A DNA stretch of 64,000 nucleotides from the human T2T-CHM13v2.0 reference genome, Homo sapiens, in assembly GCF_009914755.1 (NCBI RefSeq), contig NC_060932.1; one strand, written 5' to 3'. This document shows positions 13,706 through 28,580 of this stretch, one piece after another. A model generated the notes under the pieces. The model saw only the letters and a program-made list of their open reading frames with translations. It made no database searches and was not told the origin of the DNA. Within the stretch, counting starts at the first letter, position 1. Every line of letters starts with the position of its first letter. Position numbers and translations under genes: made by a program.

Positions 13706-14614
13706 CTACTTATTTTCTACTTCCTTTAAATAAAATGCATTATTCTGATTTCATGGCAAATCTAATGAAACTGCCATTTTTGCTAGTCAAAATTGTTCAA
13801 TATTGGCAATTTTATATGGCTCAATGTAATCATACTTTAGCCATTTACTATTCTCATTGCTCTTGTTTAAGTTGTAATTGCTGAGCTTGTATCTATCAAT
13901 GTCACCAAGGTAGTTTTAGGGTTAGCTAAATTGCCACAAACGGCTGGAAACCAAAATCTATTAATAGCATTGTTCTATCCAAATGTGGACACTTTGGGTG
14001 TATGAAACAAAACACTGTATTTGTATTTCACTTTGTTACTTGTGTAACACAGGGAAATCTGCATTCAATGCACCTATGGTGTGACAGATTAGGGCCTCTT
14101 TCCTGCTGCCCTAAATAGAAGCTTTTTAGATAAAGGATATTTGCTTCCACCCTACAAAACAGCACCTGACTTAAATTTCAGCAGACTCAGTGAGCTTTCA
14201 CAGCACTGCGACAATCACTCTTGGCACTGAGCAAAGTTCTGACACAGTCTACCACAACATCCTGGGAAGAACTGCTGAAGGGAACATGGGGCTCAGGATG
14301 CTACAAAATTTGGAGACTGTCATTCAATCGCACTTGAAGATGATATTCTGGGGCTTAGTGCAGATCCAAAATAGGAGTTCTTTAAAAAAGTAAAATGGGG
14401 TTTCTCCAAGAACAAGACAGGAAGACCGACTGGAACATCAATGGAATGTAAGTGTAAGAAGTTGCAGATAGGGAAGTATAGGATGAGCTTCATGAAAAGG
14501 AGGCAAAATCAGGAAACTGAAAGACTAATCAAAGTATTCTTATCAACAGAAATGAAGAAAGGCTTTTAGTTCAGTGCTAAGACTATCAAAGGAAGAACAA
14601 ACCCAATTTAATCC

Positions 14615-15400
14615 AATCAACACTTATTAAATGCCTACTTTATGCCAGGCACTGGGTTAACACAGCTAGAGATAGTAAGATAAATCAGACACAATTTCTA
14701 CCTTAGAGAAGTTTCTGGGCTGGTGGGAGGGAGATAAACATGGAACCAAATAACTTTAATATCGTGATAAATGTTATAATACTAACAATAATAGCTGTCA
14801 TTTATTAATTGTGTAAAATGTAAAGCAAACACAGAATGGAAAAATTAGTTTTGCTTGGAGAGGTCCAGAGAGGGTAGGGAGGAGGGGAATAATTACAGTC
14901 AGCACCTGAAAATGACCAAAAGTTCACGAAGCTAATACTGAGGCAAGAATGAGAGTGATGTGCTGTGGTTTCAGGACAGGATGGATTGTTGTAATGGTTA
15001 AAATGAAGCTGACGAAAAACCTCATAAGCCAAACTTAGGAATTGTGACGTTATTCAGTAGGCATTAATTCTCAATAAGCAGGAAGCAGTTTGGTTCAGTC
15101 CGGTTTAAAAAAGACAAGAGAATACTTTCCTAGAGAGCCATGAGGCAGGATCATAGGAAGAAGAGAGACTAAATGGTTCTGTCTGTGAAAATTTAGACCA
15201 GAAAAGTGGCAGTAAGAAGAGAGAAGAGGAGATGGATACAGGATGCAGCATGTCTTCAAACTGAAATGCAAAAGTGGAGGGAGACATTCTGAAGACCCAG
15301 AGGAGAAACAGATGAAAAGAACTGTGGTGTGGGAGGAGCAAGGGACGGTAGGCAAGGAGAAGACCACAGTTAGGTCACTGGCCTTGGGAAAGGGAACATC
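14615..15400 (-). mobile_element. L2 fragments
   Basis: L2 3' end (caacacttattaaatgcctactttatgccaggcactg) followed by G/A-rich degenerate L2 body. Confidence 0.55.
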
Positions 15401-15409
15401 TTTTTTTCC

Positions 15410-15580
15410 TCGACCAGCCTGGGCAACACGGTGAAAACCTGCCTCTACAAATAAAAATACAAAAAAATTTGGCCAAGTGTGGTAGTGTGCGCCTGTAGTC
15501 CCAGGTACTCGGGAGGCTGTGTGTGGAGGCTCTGGGGCTTGTGCCCAGGGTATCGAGGCTGCAGTGAGCCGTGATGTCAC
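15410..15580 (+). mobile_element. Partial Alu (AluJ-like)
   Basis: cgaccagcctgggcaacacggtgaaaacc...tgtagtcccag...gaggctgcagtgagccgtgat. Confidence 0.88.
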
Positions 15581-16089
15581 ATGTCACGTCTCATTAAAGG
15601 GTATTGAATGATACCCAAGAGAGGAAAAATCTGATTTCCTTAGCCTGGCCCTCAAAGCATTCTGTAATGTAGCTCACAACCTATTCTTCTGATCCATTTT
15701 CACCTCCTTTATTCTTCCCTCCTGAGGGTATAGATACCCAAATATCTTCGGGACTCAGGCGGGTAACACACAAGGGGGTGAAGTGGCAGGGTCTGAGGCC
15801 CTGAAGTGGTGAGTCCATGGCTCACAGGACGTTATATTTTCTTTTTAAATTCACTGAGAGGCAAACAACATATATACACACAGAGATTTTAGAAGTTTAA
15901 CGTTTATCTTGAGAGGCTTTACCTTCTAAAATTCTACACAGCATCAATCCAGCCTTCTCTAAGCAGACTTCCCAGTCAACCAGGCTTATAGACAAGAGTT
16001 CCTTCTCATGTCTTATTAGGGTTATAAGCATGTCCACCCCCATGCTTATTTTTATATCACTTACCTGCACATATAAGATGTTATCCCTC

Positions 16090-16340
16090 AGAGTGTACAG
16101 GTCAAAGCATGAGCTTTGGATTCAACAGCCCTGGGTTAAAATACTGTTTTTGCCACCTCTGGGCTTGTATAACATGTGAAAAGCTATCTAAGGTCTTGGA
16201 AACTCACTTTCCTCATTTGTCAAATGATAATAATATTAATAATAATACCAACCTTAAAGGGTTATTGTGAAGATAAAATTAAACAATATACGAAAAATAC
16301 TTCCTCGATTGCCTGGCATATAAACCCTCAATAAATATGT
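16090..16340 (+). mobile_element. MIR SINE
   Basis: ctttggattcaacagccctgggttaaa...ctcactttcctcatttgtcaaatg...gttattgtgaagataaaatt. Confidence 0.75.
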
Positions 16341-16719
16341 TTTAAGATATATGGTTTTCCCCAACATGATGATAATTTAAGGAAGGGCGAGAATCACATC
16401 TTCTGAATTCTTTCTACCTTGAGTTACTAGAGAAATATCTTGGGAGTATTCGATGCTAAGTATATGTTTAGGAAATGGGTTGATATTTAAAATAATCATT
16501 ATTACTAAAAAACACACTGGGCAAGGCAAAATTTTCATGGGCTGGAGAAATTATCACTAATTGCTAGGTTTTAGGGCCTTAACTAGATTAGTGAGATGCT
16601 TCTAAACAATAAAAAAACAAAAATTACACACATAAGTATATGTGTATATCTACGCATTTATATAATTCTTTACATACAAATGTATATCTGTAACACATAT
16701 ATGTTTATAATTCTTTACC

Positions 16720-16930
16720 ACTTGCAAAGTGCTTTCTCACAAACTTTGATGTGGAGTTCCTGCAACTACGGATCAATAATAATAGCCAATACCAACTTTA
16801 TAAGATACGTATTATCATAATTTAATTTTAGGGAAAGGGAAACTGAGGCTCAGTGAGGTTAAACATACTTGGCGAAGGTCACACACCGTGAATAATGAAT
16901 GGAATGTATTCTATTGCAGGTCACCACAGT
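16720..16930 (-). mobile_element. MIR SINE
   Basis: gggaaactgaggctcagtgaggttaaacatacttggcgaaggtcacac. Confidence 0.7.
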
Positions 16931-17345
16931 CCAATCTTTCTCTCATCTTTCATAGGTATCAAAGATATGAAGCTTGCCAAGAGTATTCTAAACATTTAAG
17001 AGTAACATTACCCTACAGTTAATATGGGAATTGAAAAATATCTCTAATAAGAATTTCAACAGGGAACATGGGGGATCAAACATAGTGTCCTAAAAGGATC
17101 TTGGCCAAGATCTCTTGAAGATAGTTGTGTTTTACTGAAACAGTGCCACAGGATTGTAAATATCATCAATCCTACATGTGTGGACTTCAGTTTCCTCCAT
17201 CAATAACACATGACATCAGGCTCCTCACCATAAATGACGCCATCTAAAGGAAAAGAGTCATTGGTCTACTTAGCTGATTGCCTCTAATAGGTCTAATTTT
17301 TGATCTCCCAATAACATGCAGGCTCTGTAAGGATGGGAACTCTGA

Positions 17346-17972
<627 letters not shown>

Positions 17973-20721
17973 ATCAAATGGAAACAGGAGTTTTTTAAAA
18001 CAGGGACAACAGAATGGATCATACTTAATTGACTTAGTTTCTCTGATAGAGTATAAAGCTCAGCATTCACAATGTAAGCAGATGCAGATGTCTGATCATA
18101 TTTGATTTAGTATCATGTGTCATTATCACAGGAGACTAGAGAATAGAATAAAGACAGGGGAAAAAATAACTGGATCTGGTCAAAGGTGAGGCAGTAGGAG
18201 ATCAAGTCCCTTGCTATAAAGGCTTCATTCTGCTCCTCGAATTTGGTTGGAAAAACACACTCATGAAAAGAGTGTCTTGTCCATTTTAGAACCCCACTCT
18301 GGTTATTTCTAAATGAGGTAACCTAATGGACTTTTCATAAGAATGGGTCTCCTGTTCTCCCACAGCCATGTCACCAAGCTTTGAACATTTTCCGGTGCCC
18401 CTGTACAAATCAGTTTAGTCTCTGGGTTTCTGTTTATTCATGTGAAAAAAAGGAGACAGAAGGAGGTCCCTTGCAGTCTGACATCACGATGCCATGCTTT
18501 TCTATAAAATATTTCACAGCAATGGGATACAGTCTATCTCTCTTGGCACAGTGTTTGGCTCATAGTGGTGTCATTAAATGATTATCAATTCACTAATTAT
18601 TGACTAGTAATGATAATAGGTAATATTTCTTGATGTCCTTTGATGTGCTAGGCACTGTTCTAAATATTGTCCGGGTTTTAACTCCTTAATCCTCCCAACA
18701 AGCCTGTGTGGTGGGTCCTGTTGATGGTAAGTGCTCAGCTCCTCTAATTACCTTGAGTCACCCATTGAACTCTGAGCCTCACTTCTTCACCTGTAACAGC
18801 TTGCAAGATTGTTGAAAGCCACTAACTCTTTCACACTGAGGAGTTCTAGGCACAGTTCTAGGTACTGGACAGGCATCACATGTACTGGACAGAACTACAG
18901 TCCATGTGGTTCTCAGCAGAGCATCCTGCACATAGAAAGCCTCCAAGAAACCATGGGCATTATTAAGGATGTCAGGGATTTTCTAAAGCAAGGCTGCTCC
19001 CATAGTAAGAATATTTCTTCTAGTTCTGATTTATGAAACAAATAGTTCATCTGGTGACAATTTCCACTCTTTTCCTGTCAAATACTATCACTAAATAAAT
19101 TTTGAATTTAGAGTATCGATGAATGTGTCCTTGGAGCAGTAGTTTACTTACAGTAGCCTACAAATTGGTGCTGTTCTGTGATGAAAATGGGAGAAATAAA
19201 AATAATGTATGTTTTTCTTCAAGCAAAAATCTATTTTGAAATCGTGAGTATTTTGTGTTAAAATTCCTTTGGTTTATAAAATGGTGGTGAGAGTACTTTT
19301 TAATTAAAAAATATTAATGAGCAAAATACAAAAGGTGGCAACTCTATGTCATTTGCAAAAATGCTTTCTGCAATTTAACTTGTCTATGAAATCCAAAAGT
19401 CTTGGATGCACTGATGAAGACTCAGACGAGCAGAATCTCAAGGAGAAGAGAAGAGAGTATTGTTCCTTTGTCAGCAGTCATCTCCTAACAACAGGCAACA
19501 CCGTGCCTTTCTTTATAAGAATGCTTTGGTATCTTCAGATTATTCTTTCAGTGAAAAACAAAATGCAAATATGGATTTTCAAACTCAATTTCTCTATAAG
19601 TATCTATATCATGGATAAATATAAAACCAAATCCATCCATCCATCTATCCATCTTTAATCTAAATGATCCTATGGCCAGAATGGAAAAAATGCAGGATAA
19701 CACGTTCATCTTTTCATTTTAAGAATGGTATGTAGTTTAAAAAATGGAAAAGTACACAAGTTTTTATAAACAAACTTTACTGAGACATAACTTACATACA
19801 ATAAATCCCACATATTTGAAATATCAAGTAGATGATGTTTGACAAAGATACAAAACATTTTGACCTCCTTCATTCCCCTTTACAGTCAATTCCCTTTTAC
19901 CCCCTACTCCAGGCAACCACTGATCTGACTGCTATCCCTACAGGTTAATCTTGCAAGTTCTAGAATTTCATATGATTGGAATCACATAATATGTGCCCTT
20001 TTGGGTTTAACGTGTTTCACCGAGCACAATGTGAGATTCACTCACATTGTGTGCATCAGTAGTAGGTTCCTTTTTATAGTTGAGTAGAGGTTTTGGTGTG
20101 AACATACAATTTATTCTCGTCTTGACTGATATAAGGGTTGTTTAGAATTTTTGGTTATTCTAATCTCTTTTGAAATTATTGGACTAGAATTTTTAAGAAC
20201 ATATGTTTCCATTTCTGCTGGGTAGATACCTCAGAGTGGAACTGCAGAATCATCTCATAAGTTTGTGATTAACTTCATAAGAAACTTGACATTTTCAAAT
20301 CAGGTGACTCCATATTAAACTCACATACAACATACATACAAGAGATTCATGTGTGCCACGTCCGCAGCAACACTGGGTATGGCTTGGTATGGGAATTTAA
20401 GCCATTCTACTGGGTGTAAAGTATTATTTCATTGTGATTTTTATTTGGATTTTCTTGATGACTTAATATTTCTGAGCATACTCTCATGTGCCTTTTGGCC
20501 ATTCTTGTATTTTCTTTGTGACGTATCATTTCAAATCTTTTGCCCATATTATTGGGTTGTCTTCTTGAGTTTTAAATGTTCTTTATGTATATTGTATACA
20601 AGTTCTTTTTTAGATATATAATAAAAGTGCTTTCTTCTTGTCTCTGGCTTGGCTTTTTCATTTCCTTGACGGATTCTTAGAAAAGCAGACGACTTTTAAT
20701 TTTGATAAAGACCAATTTAGA

Positions 20722-20856
20722 AGCCAAGTGTGATTGTGTGCATCTGTAATCCCAGCTACATGTGAGGTTGGGGCCATGGGATCTTTTGTGCCAAGAGCTC
20801 AAGTCCAGCGTGGGCAACAGAGCAAGACACTGTCTCAAAAACAATAACAAAGAAAG

Positions 20857-20887
<31 letters not shown>

Positions 20888-20894
20888 GAAATAA
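20722..20894 (+). mobile_element. FLAM monomer with (GAAAA)n tail
   Basis: gccaagtgtg...tgtaatcccagctac...gggcaacagagcaagacactgtctc, then GAAAA repeats. TSD aaagaccaattta. Confidence 0.85.
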
Positions 20895-21680
20895 AAAGAC
20901 CAATTTATCAATTTTTTTTCTTTTAAACTAAGGTGCTTCCAGGGACATATATAATAATTCCTTGCCTATTCTCAAGGTCGTGAAATTTTCTCTTATGCTT
21001 CCTTCTATAAAGTTTTAAATTTAGGTCCATTATTTATTTCAAATTAAATGTTGTGTATAGTGTGATGCAGGAGTTGAAGTTCACTTATCTTACTAAATGA
21101 AGTTCATTTAGTTATTCCAGTACCCTGTAGTGAAGAGACCACCCTTTCTCTCGTTGGATTGCTTTGGTACGATTTTTGAAAAACATTTGGCCATATATGT
21201 GTGAGTATATTTATGGAATTTCTATTTTGTTCTACTATTATAATCTACAAGTTAGTCTTTATTCCAGTACCATATTACCTTAGTTATTGTAATTTTATAG
21301 TAAGTCTTAAAATTAGGTGGGCAAGTCCTCAAAAGTTTGTTCTTTTTCTATATGAGTTTCACTACTCTAACGTCTTTGCACTTCTATACAAATTTCAGAA
21401 TCAATGTGTTCATTTTATTTTAAAAAATCTGGTGTTATATTGATTGTGATTGCAGTGAATCTATAGGTCATTAGAATAATGGACATAATTTTAACATTGA
21501 GTCTTCTAATCCACAAGTGTGGGATATCTCACCATTTATTTAGATATTTAATTTCTCTTAGCAATGTTTTACCAGTTTTCTGTGTAGTCTTAGATATATT
21601 TTGTTTAGCTATTACATAGTAATCTTGTATTTTGCGCACTAAGTTATATTATTAGTTCTTGTAGGATTTTTTTCTTCATA

Positions 21681-21913
21681 TAGGTTAAGCATCCCTAATC
21701 TGAAAATTCAAGATCTGAAATGCTCCAAAATCCAAAACTTTTTGAACACCAGCATGAAGGTCAAAGGAAATGCTCACTGCAGTACTTCAGATTTTAAATT
21801 TTTGGATTTGAGAAGCTCAACTGGTATGTATTCTGCAAATATTCTAAAATCCAAAAAAATACAAAACTGAAAACACTTCTGGTTCCATGTATTCTAGACA
21901 ACACTCCAACTCT
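21681..21913. mobile_element. Tigger4a (Zombi)-like TcMar MITE
   Basis: aggttaagcatccctaatctgaaaattc...tgaaatgctccaaaatccaaaactttttgaacacc...ctgaaaacacttctggttcc. Confidence 0.8.
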
Positions 21914-22047
21914 AGATCTCATAGTTTTTTATATAAACCATTTGATCTATACATAAAAATAATTTCACTTCTTCCTTTCTAATCTTTTTGTCTTTATTTC
22001 TTTTTCTTGCTTTATTTCACTGGCCAGGGTCTTCAGAACAATATTTA

Positions 22048-22370
<323 letters not shown>

Positions 22371-22753
22371 TAAGGTAAGAAAGCTAATGGTCTTGTCTTA
22401 TTCTGTATAGAAAAAAGTTTTTTAACCATTTAGGATGATGTTACCTGTACGTTCACCATAAATGCTGTTTATCAAGATTTCTGTTATTTCTACTTTTCTG
22501 GTAAGTTTTTTAAAAATTATGGATCAACACTGAATTTTGTCAAATGCTTTCTCTGCATCTATTGAGAAGAATGTATATTGGACATACATTCTATAAAATG
22601 TTCTATAGATATCAGTTAGGTCACATTGATTGACAATGCTGTTCAGATCATCAGAGAGTGATGTTGAAGTTTTACAACTGTAATGGTAAATTTATCAATT
22701 TCTACCTGAATATTATCAGTGTTCACCTTATATATTTTGACACTCTATGTTAA

Positions 22754-23110
<357 letters not shown>

Positions 23111-24139
23111 TAATTGCCGTCTTTATTCTTTTCACTCTTGTTCTGAAGTCTGCATTGTCTCAACTCAATATAACTACTATAAGAGTCTTGACTGTGTTAG
23201 TGTAATACATCTTTCTCCAATACTTTACTTTTAACCTGAGTACTTAAAGTGTGTTTCTTCTAGAGAGCATATAGTTAGGCTTTTTTTGCCCCTAATCTGA
23301 CAATCTCTGTCTTTTAACTAGTGTGTTAAGACTATTCACATTTAAGGTAATTATTGATAGACTTAAAATTTACCATCTTTATACTTTTCTATTCATTGCT
23401 CTTGTTTCTCTCTTTTTTCTTTGACCTTTTCTGATTGTAACTGAGTATTTGAGGCCATTTCATTTTATCTTCTCAACACATTATTTATCTTTCCTTTATA
23501 AAAAAATTTTTAGTGTTTGCCTTACAGTTAACAATATACGTTTTTAAGTAATCTAAGTCCACCTTCAAATAACACTATTCTTCACATGTATTGCAGGTAC
23601 CTTATAACAAAGCATTCTATTCCTCCCTTCCATCCCTTGTGGCATTGCTGTTATTCATTTTACTTATCTATATGGTATAAAACCCAGTGTATTATTGTTA
23701 TTATTGCTTTAACCAGTTAGCCTTTAGATCAATTAATAAGAAAAAAGGAATTTATTTTACCTTCATTTATTCATTTTCTGACATTCTTCCTTTCTTTCTG
23801 TTGATTCAAGTTTCTGATCTATATCATTTTTCTTCTGCCTGAAGAACTTTTATCACTACTTGCAGGGCAGTTTGCTGACACTGAATTGCTTCAGTTTTTG
23901 TTTGTTTGGGCAAGCCTTTCCTTGCTTTTCTTTTATGTTTGAAGAATAATTTTATTGGATATAGAATTGGCCATTTTTTTTTTGTTTCAACCCTTTAAAG
24001 TTTTCACTCATTTTCTTCTTGCTTAAGAGGTTCTCATTAGAAGTGTCCTGGAATTCTTATCTTTTCTCTGGAACTAAGGTACATGATGTTTGTTGTTTGT
24101 TTTTAAAATCTGACTCCTTTCAAAATTTTACCTTTGTCC

Positions 24140-24140
<1 letters not shown>

Positions 24141-24170
<30 letters not shown>

Positions 24171-24178
24171 GTGTGTGT
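24141..24178. repeat. (GT)12 GC (GT)6 microsatellite
   Basis: Read directly. Confidence 0.95.
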
Positions 24179-25284
24179 TTGAGAAAAGTAGTTCAAATAT
24201 TTATCCTGTTGGTGTTATCTGAACTTCTTGGATATGTGGTTCAATGTTTGTGATTAGTTTTGGAAATCTGTTGTCATTACTATTTGAACTATTCTTCTGT
24301 CTTCTTCTTCTGATATTCTAGTAATGCATATGTTACATCTTTTAATATAGTCCCACAATTCTTGGATGTTCTGCTCTGTTGCTTTCGTTCATTTTACTCT
24401 TTGTATTTTGGTTTGGGTGGTTTCTATTGATTTACCTCCAAGTTCACTGATTCTTTCCATGGCTGTGTTGAGTCTACTGATGATCCCCTTGAAGGCACTC
24501 TTACTCGCTATCACAGTGTTTTTTATTTCTAGTATTTTCTTTTGATTGTTTATTAGTTCCACTTCTCTGTTACATTACTCATCTGTTCTGACATATAGTT
24601 TACATTTTGCATTAGTACCTTTAACATATTGATCATACTTATTTTAAATTTCCTATTTGATAAACCTAACATCTGTGTCATATCTGAATCTGGTTCTGAT
24701 GATTACTTTGTCTCTTCAGTTTGTTATTTTCTTACCTCTTGCATGCTTTGTAATTTTTTTGTGTGTGTCTGAAACCTGGACATGTTGTATTCAGTAATAG
24801 GAACTTGGGAGGAGGCATTTGGGGATATCCAATAAATAGTCCACTAGAACAAAGGAAGGGACTGGAAGATAGCATTATACTTCATTGATGCCAGGAAGCA
24901 AGAATCTAATGGGGGCAGTCATCAAGAGCTTTCTTTGGCAAGAGTTTCTAACCTGGGAACCTAAACAGGACCTAGGGGTGTGTTTCAGTCAAACTTCAAC
25001 ATACACTTTCTTATTAAACTTTTCAACTACCAACTTACTGTGATAAGTCTTACCATAGAGCCTTATCCTAGGAACTAGAGATGAGATACTTAACCCAGAT
25101 GAAGAGAACTAAGGAGGGCTTTCTATAGGAGGTGGTATCTAAAACTCAAGCCAGAAGGAAAACTGGAATTATTCAGGTGAATGGGTGGGTGTCAAGAAGG
25201 TAGAGAGTATGACATTTGAGAACCCTTGAAAGTAGTTCAGTGGGCCTTCAGCTTAGAGGAGGAGGGAGTATAGGCAAAACCAAA

Positions 25285-25370
25285 CACCATCACCACCACC
25301 CCTAGCACCACTACCACTGACAACAACCACCATTACCACCACTGCCACTGCTGCCATCACCACCACAATA
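25285..25370. repeat. Degenerate (CAC)n low-complexity tract
   Basis: caccatcaccaccacc...accactgccactgctgccatcaccaccac. Confidence 0.8.
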
Positions 25371-26406
25371 ATCCAACATCTTGAACAGAAAAACAGACTG
25401 TTTTTTAAAACTATAAAATGCTCATCCCTGGAGGTGTTGAAGCAAAGGCTGTCCAACTACACAGTAGGGATGTTAGAAAGGGTAACACAGGGGGACATGT
25501 ACCTATATTGTAAGGGGGACACTCAGCCTCCATTCTTCCTATTCCCTTGTGGAGGGACTTCCCTGACTAATGCTCTTGGCCTCTCTCCTGCCCTCCATTT
25601 GCTACTCATTCAGCCCAGTCCCATGTTCTGTCCTCACTTGAGACCTGTGTGCTGACGTAGTCTGCTTTCTGCCAAGCCTTAAAAGAGGCAGTGCTCAGTT
25701 GTGCCAGTGACTGGGATGATCCATTTAGAGAGGAAACATTCTTAGTAAATAAATTTGTCTACAGATATAAATTACATTCTCCAAAGACTTTTATCAGGAA
25801 TGGAGCTGGTATTTTGTGGTCCATTGACCTTCCACTTGTGTTTATTTCTCATTGAAAGGTTCTTTTTTTTTTTTTTTCTTAAATTGATCCCATAAATCCT
25901 TGGAAGACATCTAAAGTCCTTTCCAACACTCAGAATTCTTTTCCCCTGAATCATCAAGAAAACGAAGTTCAGTACCCTTGTTTTAAGAATGCTGAGAAAT
26001 AATTCATGTATATTAAAGTTAGTAAGTTTATAATTTAGAAAGCTAGTAAGTGTTCCATTAAAAGGGGTTAAAATGAAAAATCAATGGCTCTATTGGAAAA
26101 TTAGGAGAAACAACTTATGTTCTAATCATATCAGAAACTTTACTATGTAAATATAAAATTATGCTCAAGTTTCAATAAGAGTATAGAGCAGTTTACACAA
26201 AAAAGAAATGTGAAAAAACAAATACAAAGAGATAGGAAAGTAGATCACAATATCCAGAGCAGAAGTGATAAAGATGAGAAAATGTGTAGCTGACACACTG
26301 GATAGTTAAATACGTCTACATTTTGTTTGGTTATACTGGATTCTACTAAGTAGTATTCTCGTAAGTACATCACATAAAGTAATTATTCTACTCCTTTTGA
26401 CACTTG

Positions 26407-26513
26407 TTAACTACACACCCCACTGGTTTCTACAGGGAACTCTAACCATAATAAAAGAATTGGAAGACAATCACAGAAGGATAGAGGAGTAGAACAGCCC
26501 AGAAAAATCAGCC
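26407..26513 (-). CDS. SAMD12: Candidate alternative terminal coding exon of SAMD12, in frame with the 130-bp exon
   Basis: Acceptor gctaacgttgttctcttcAG|GG, with a CTAAC branch-like motif. Joined to the phase-1 G it reads G-LIFLGCSTPLSFCDCLPILLLWLEFPVETSGVCS-stop (TAA 26409-26407). There is a minus-strand AATAAA at 25846-25841. Usage is inferred, not shown. Confidence 0.45.
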
Positions 26514-27297
26514 CTGAAGAGAACAACGTTAGCAAATGCATGGAGCCACATTCCAAAGGTCCTAAAAAGATAGTGATTTTCCCTTTACTCAACAGCATAT
26601 TCAGAACTGCCCAATTTCAAGGTGCTACATCTCAGCAGAATATTTTTAAAAAGGAAAAGAAGTACAAGTGGGTGACAGTTGCAGCATAAAAAAACAGACC
26701 AGAGGCATACATCTATTTTGTAGGTGATCATTTAGAAATATAATAAGTCAATAGGAATCATTTGTAAGCGATACTCATATGACAACTATTTGTTCTTGTA
26801 GACATCTAAAGGATACCCATGGTTCGTCCATGAAGTAGACCAAGGAAACCCTTTATACATTCAAAGCAGCTTTTAAAAAATATTTTATATTCTGGGGAGC
26901 TCTGAGTGCTTCACCTCTGAAAACAAGCCTTTAAAGTTGGCAGGGGAAGGAACCCTTCACAGATAGAGGATTTGAAGCCAAACGAGGTGAGGTGATGTTA
27001 GCAACCACCACAGGAAGAAACTTCAAACCTGAAGAGATACTTGACTGTGCATAACAGAATCTGAAAGTTGCCTGTGAGCTTACACCTGGCCCCAGAAGAG
27101 CCTCCTCATCAGCATTCCAGGCCAGGCCTCAGAAAGCTAGGGACAGAATCTTGCAAGCACAGAAACATACACAAATTTCTTTCCTTTAAACCTAACCTCA
27201 TGATTTCAGTCTATATATCCTAATGCCTCTCCAGTGTTCTAACCGTCTTATTCTTTTTAAAGTGTGCTTCTGCAGGGAGTTAATGCTATTAGCACAG

Positions 27298-27624
27298 CAG
27301 CAGCCCCCGTAGCTACGGTTTCGCTTTGTGCAGTTTCAGTTACCTGTGGTCAATTGTGGTCTGAAAAGTAGATGAGTACAGTACAATATGATATTTCAAG
27401 AGACAGAGATATTTACCTAATTATTATTATGGTATATTATTATTAATCGTTCTATTTTATCATTAGTTCTTGTTAATCTCTTACTGAACCTAATTAAAAA
27501 AATTAAACTTTATCATAGGTATGTATGTATACACTATATAAATAGTGTTTAGTAATATCTATGGTTTCAGGCATCCACTGGGGGTCCTGCTATGTTTCCC
27601 TTGCAGATGAGGGGGGATTACTAC
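27298..27624. mobile_element. MER44A-like TcMar-Tigger MITE
   Basis: Terminal inverted repeats cagcagccccc... and ...ggggggattacta. Body ggtttcgcttt...cagtttcagttacctgtggtcaa...ggtttcaggcatccactgggggtc. Confidence 0.85.
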
Positions 27625-28379
27625 AGCTTCTCTTCTGATTAAACACATCTGCCACCAAAGAGCAGGTATCTTCTGGGCACAATAAAATTATCAAAAATTT
27701 TGATATTGCAAAAGATTTTGAACACTGATAAGTTAAAACATGTCTAAAGTTTTCTTAGACTTTGAAGCACCTAAGGGAAAATTTTGTTTAGAATTTAAAG
27801 TTCTTCAAATAAACACAGAAACAAATGTTCATATAGTAGAACTCTTTGTAAAAACAAATACAGACAATTTAAACACTACTGAGGTTAAAGCGTAATTTTC
27901 AGAAAAGGTTAAAATCATGACTGTCATACAAATATGGAAGTGAACGCATCTTTAAGATTTTAATTTAACTTATTAATGAGGAAACTGGCAAGATGTTACA
28001 ACCAGCTCAAGGGAGAATCCGAACAGCGGACACAATTATAGATCAGGAAGACTGAAATAAATGTGTAAATGGGAGGTAAAACTCACCTTATCCACAGTGG
28101 TTAGGCAAGTCAACTGAACCTCTGTGGAACAGAAGTTACATGTCAATGGAGAAAAATTATATTGTATTACCCTCTGTTATCTACAACTCACAGAGTTATA
28201 AAATTGCTCCCTAGAATCAAAGAATTAGATAACCCAAAATGTTGTGCTATAGATGACCATGCATAGTTTTCCATGCAAGCACAATTTTTTCCTACATGGA
28301 TCACTGACTATCTTACTTACCACTGTATTCTGAAAACCTGGTACATGGTAGATGGTCCATAAATACTTCCTAAATGGAT

Positions 28380-28580
28380 GAATGAATGCCCATTATATGT
28401 CAGTCATTAAGCTAGGCCCTTCACATTCATCATCCCATTTAATCTTCCCCCAAATTCTTTAAGATAAATATTATTTTACTGACAAGAAACTAACGTGTGG
28501 CATTATGTTTTTATTACATGTCAAAGGTTGGTGTAGAGGGCAGCAGGGAGGATTTGACTCAGACCTATGATCAGAAAACC
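28380..28580 (-). mobile_element. MIR SINE
   Basis: ttcacattcatcatcccatttaatcttccc...attttactgacaagaaact...gatttgactcagacct. Confidence 0.6.
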
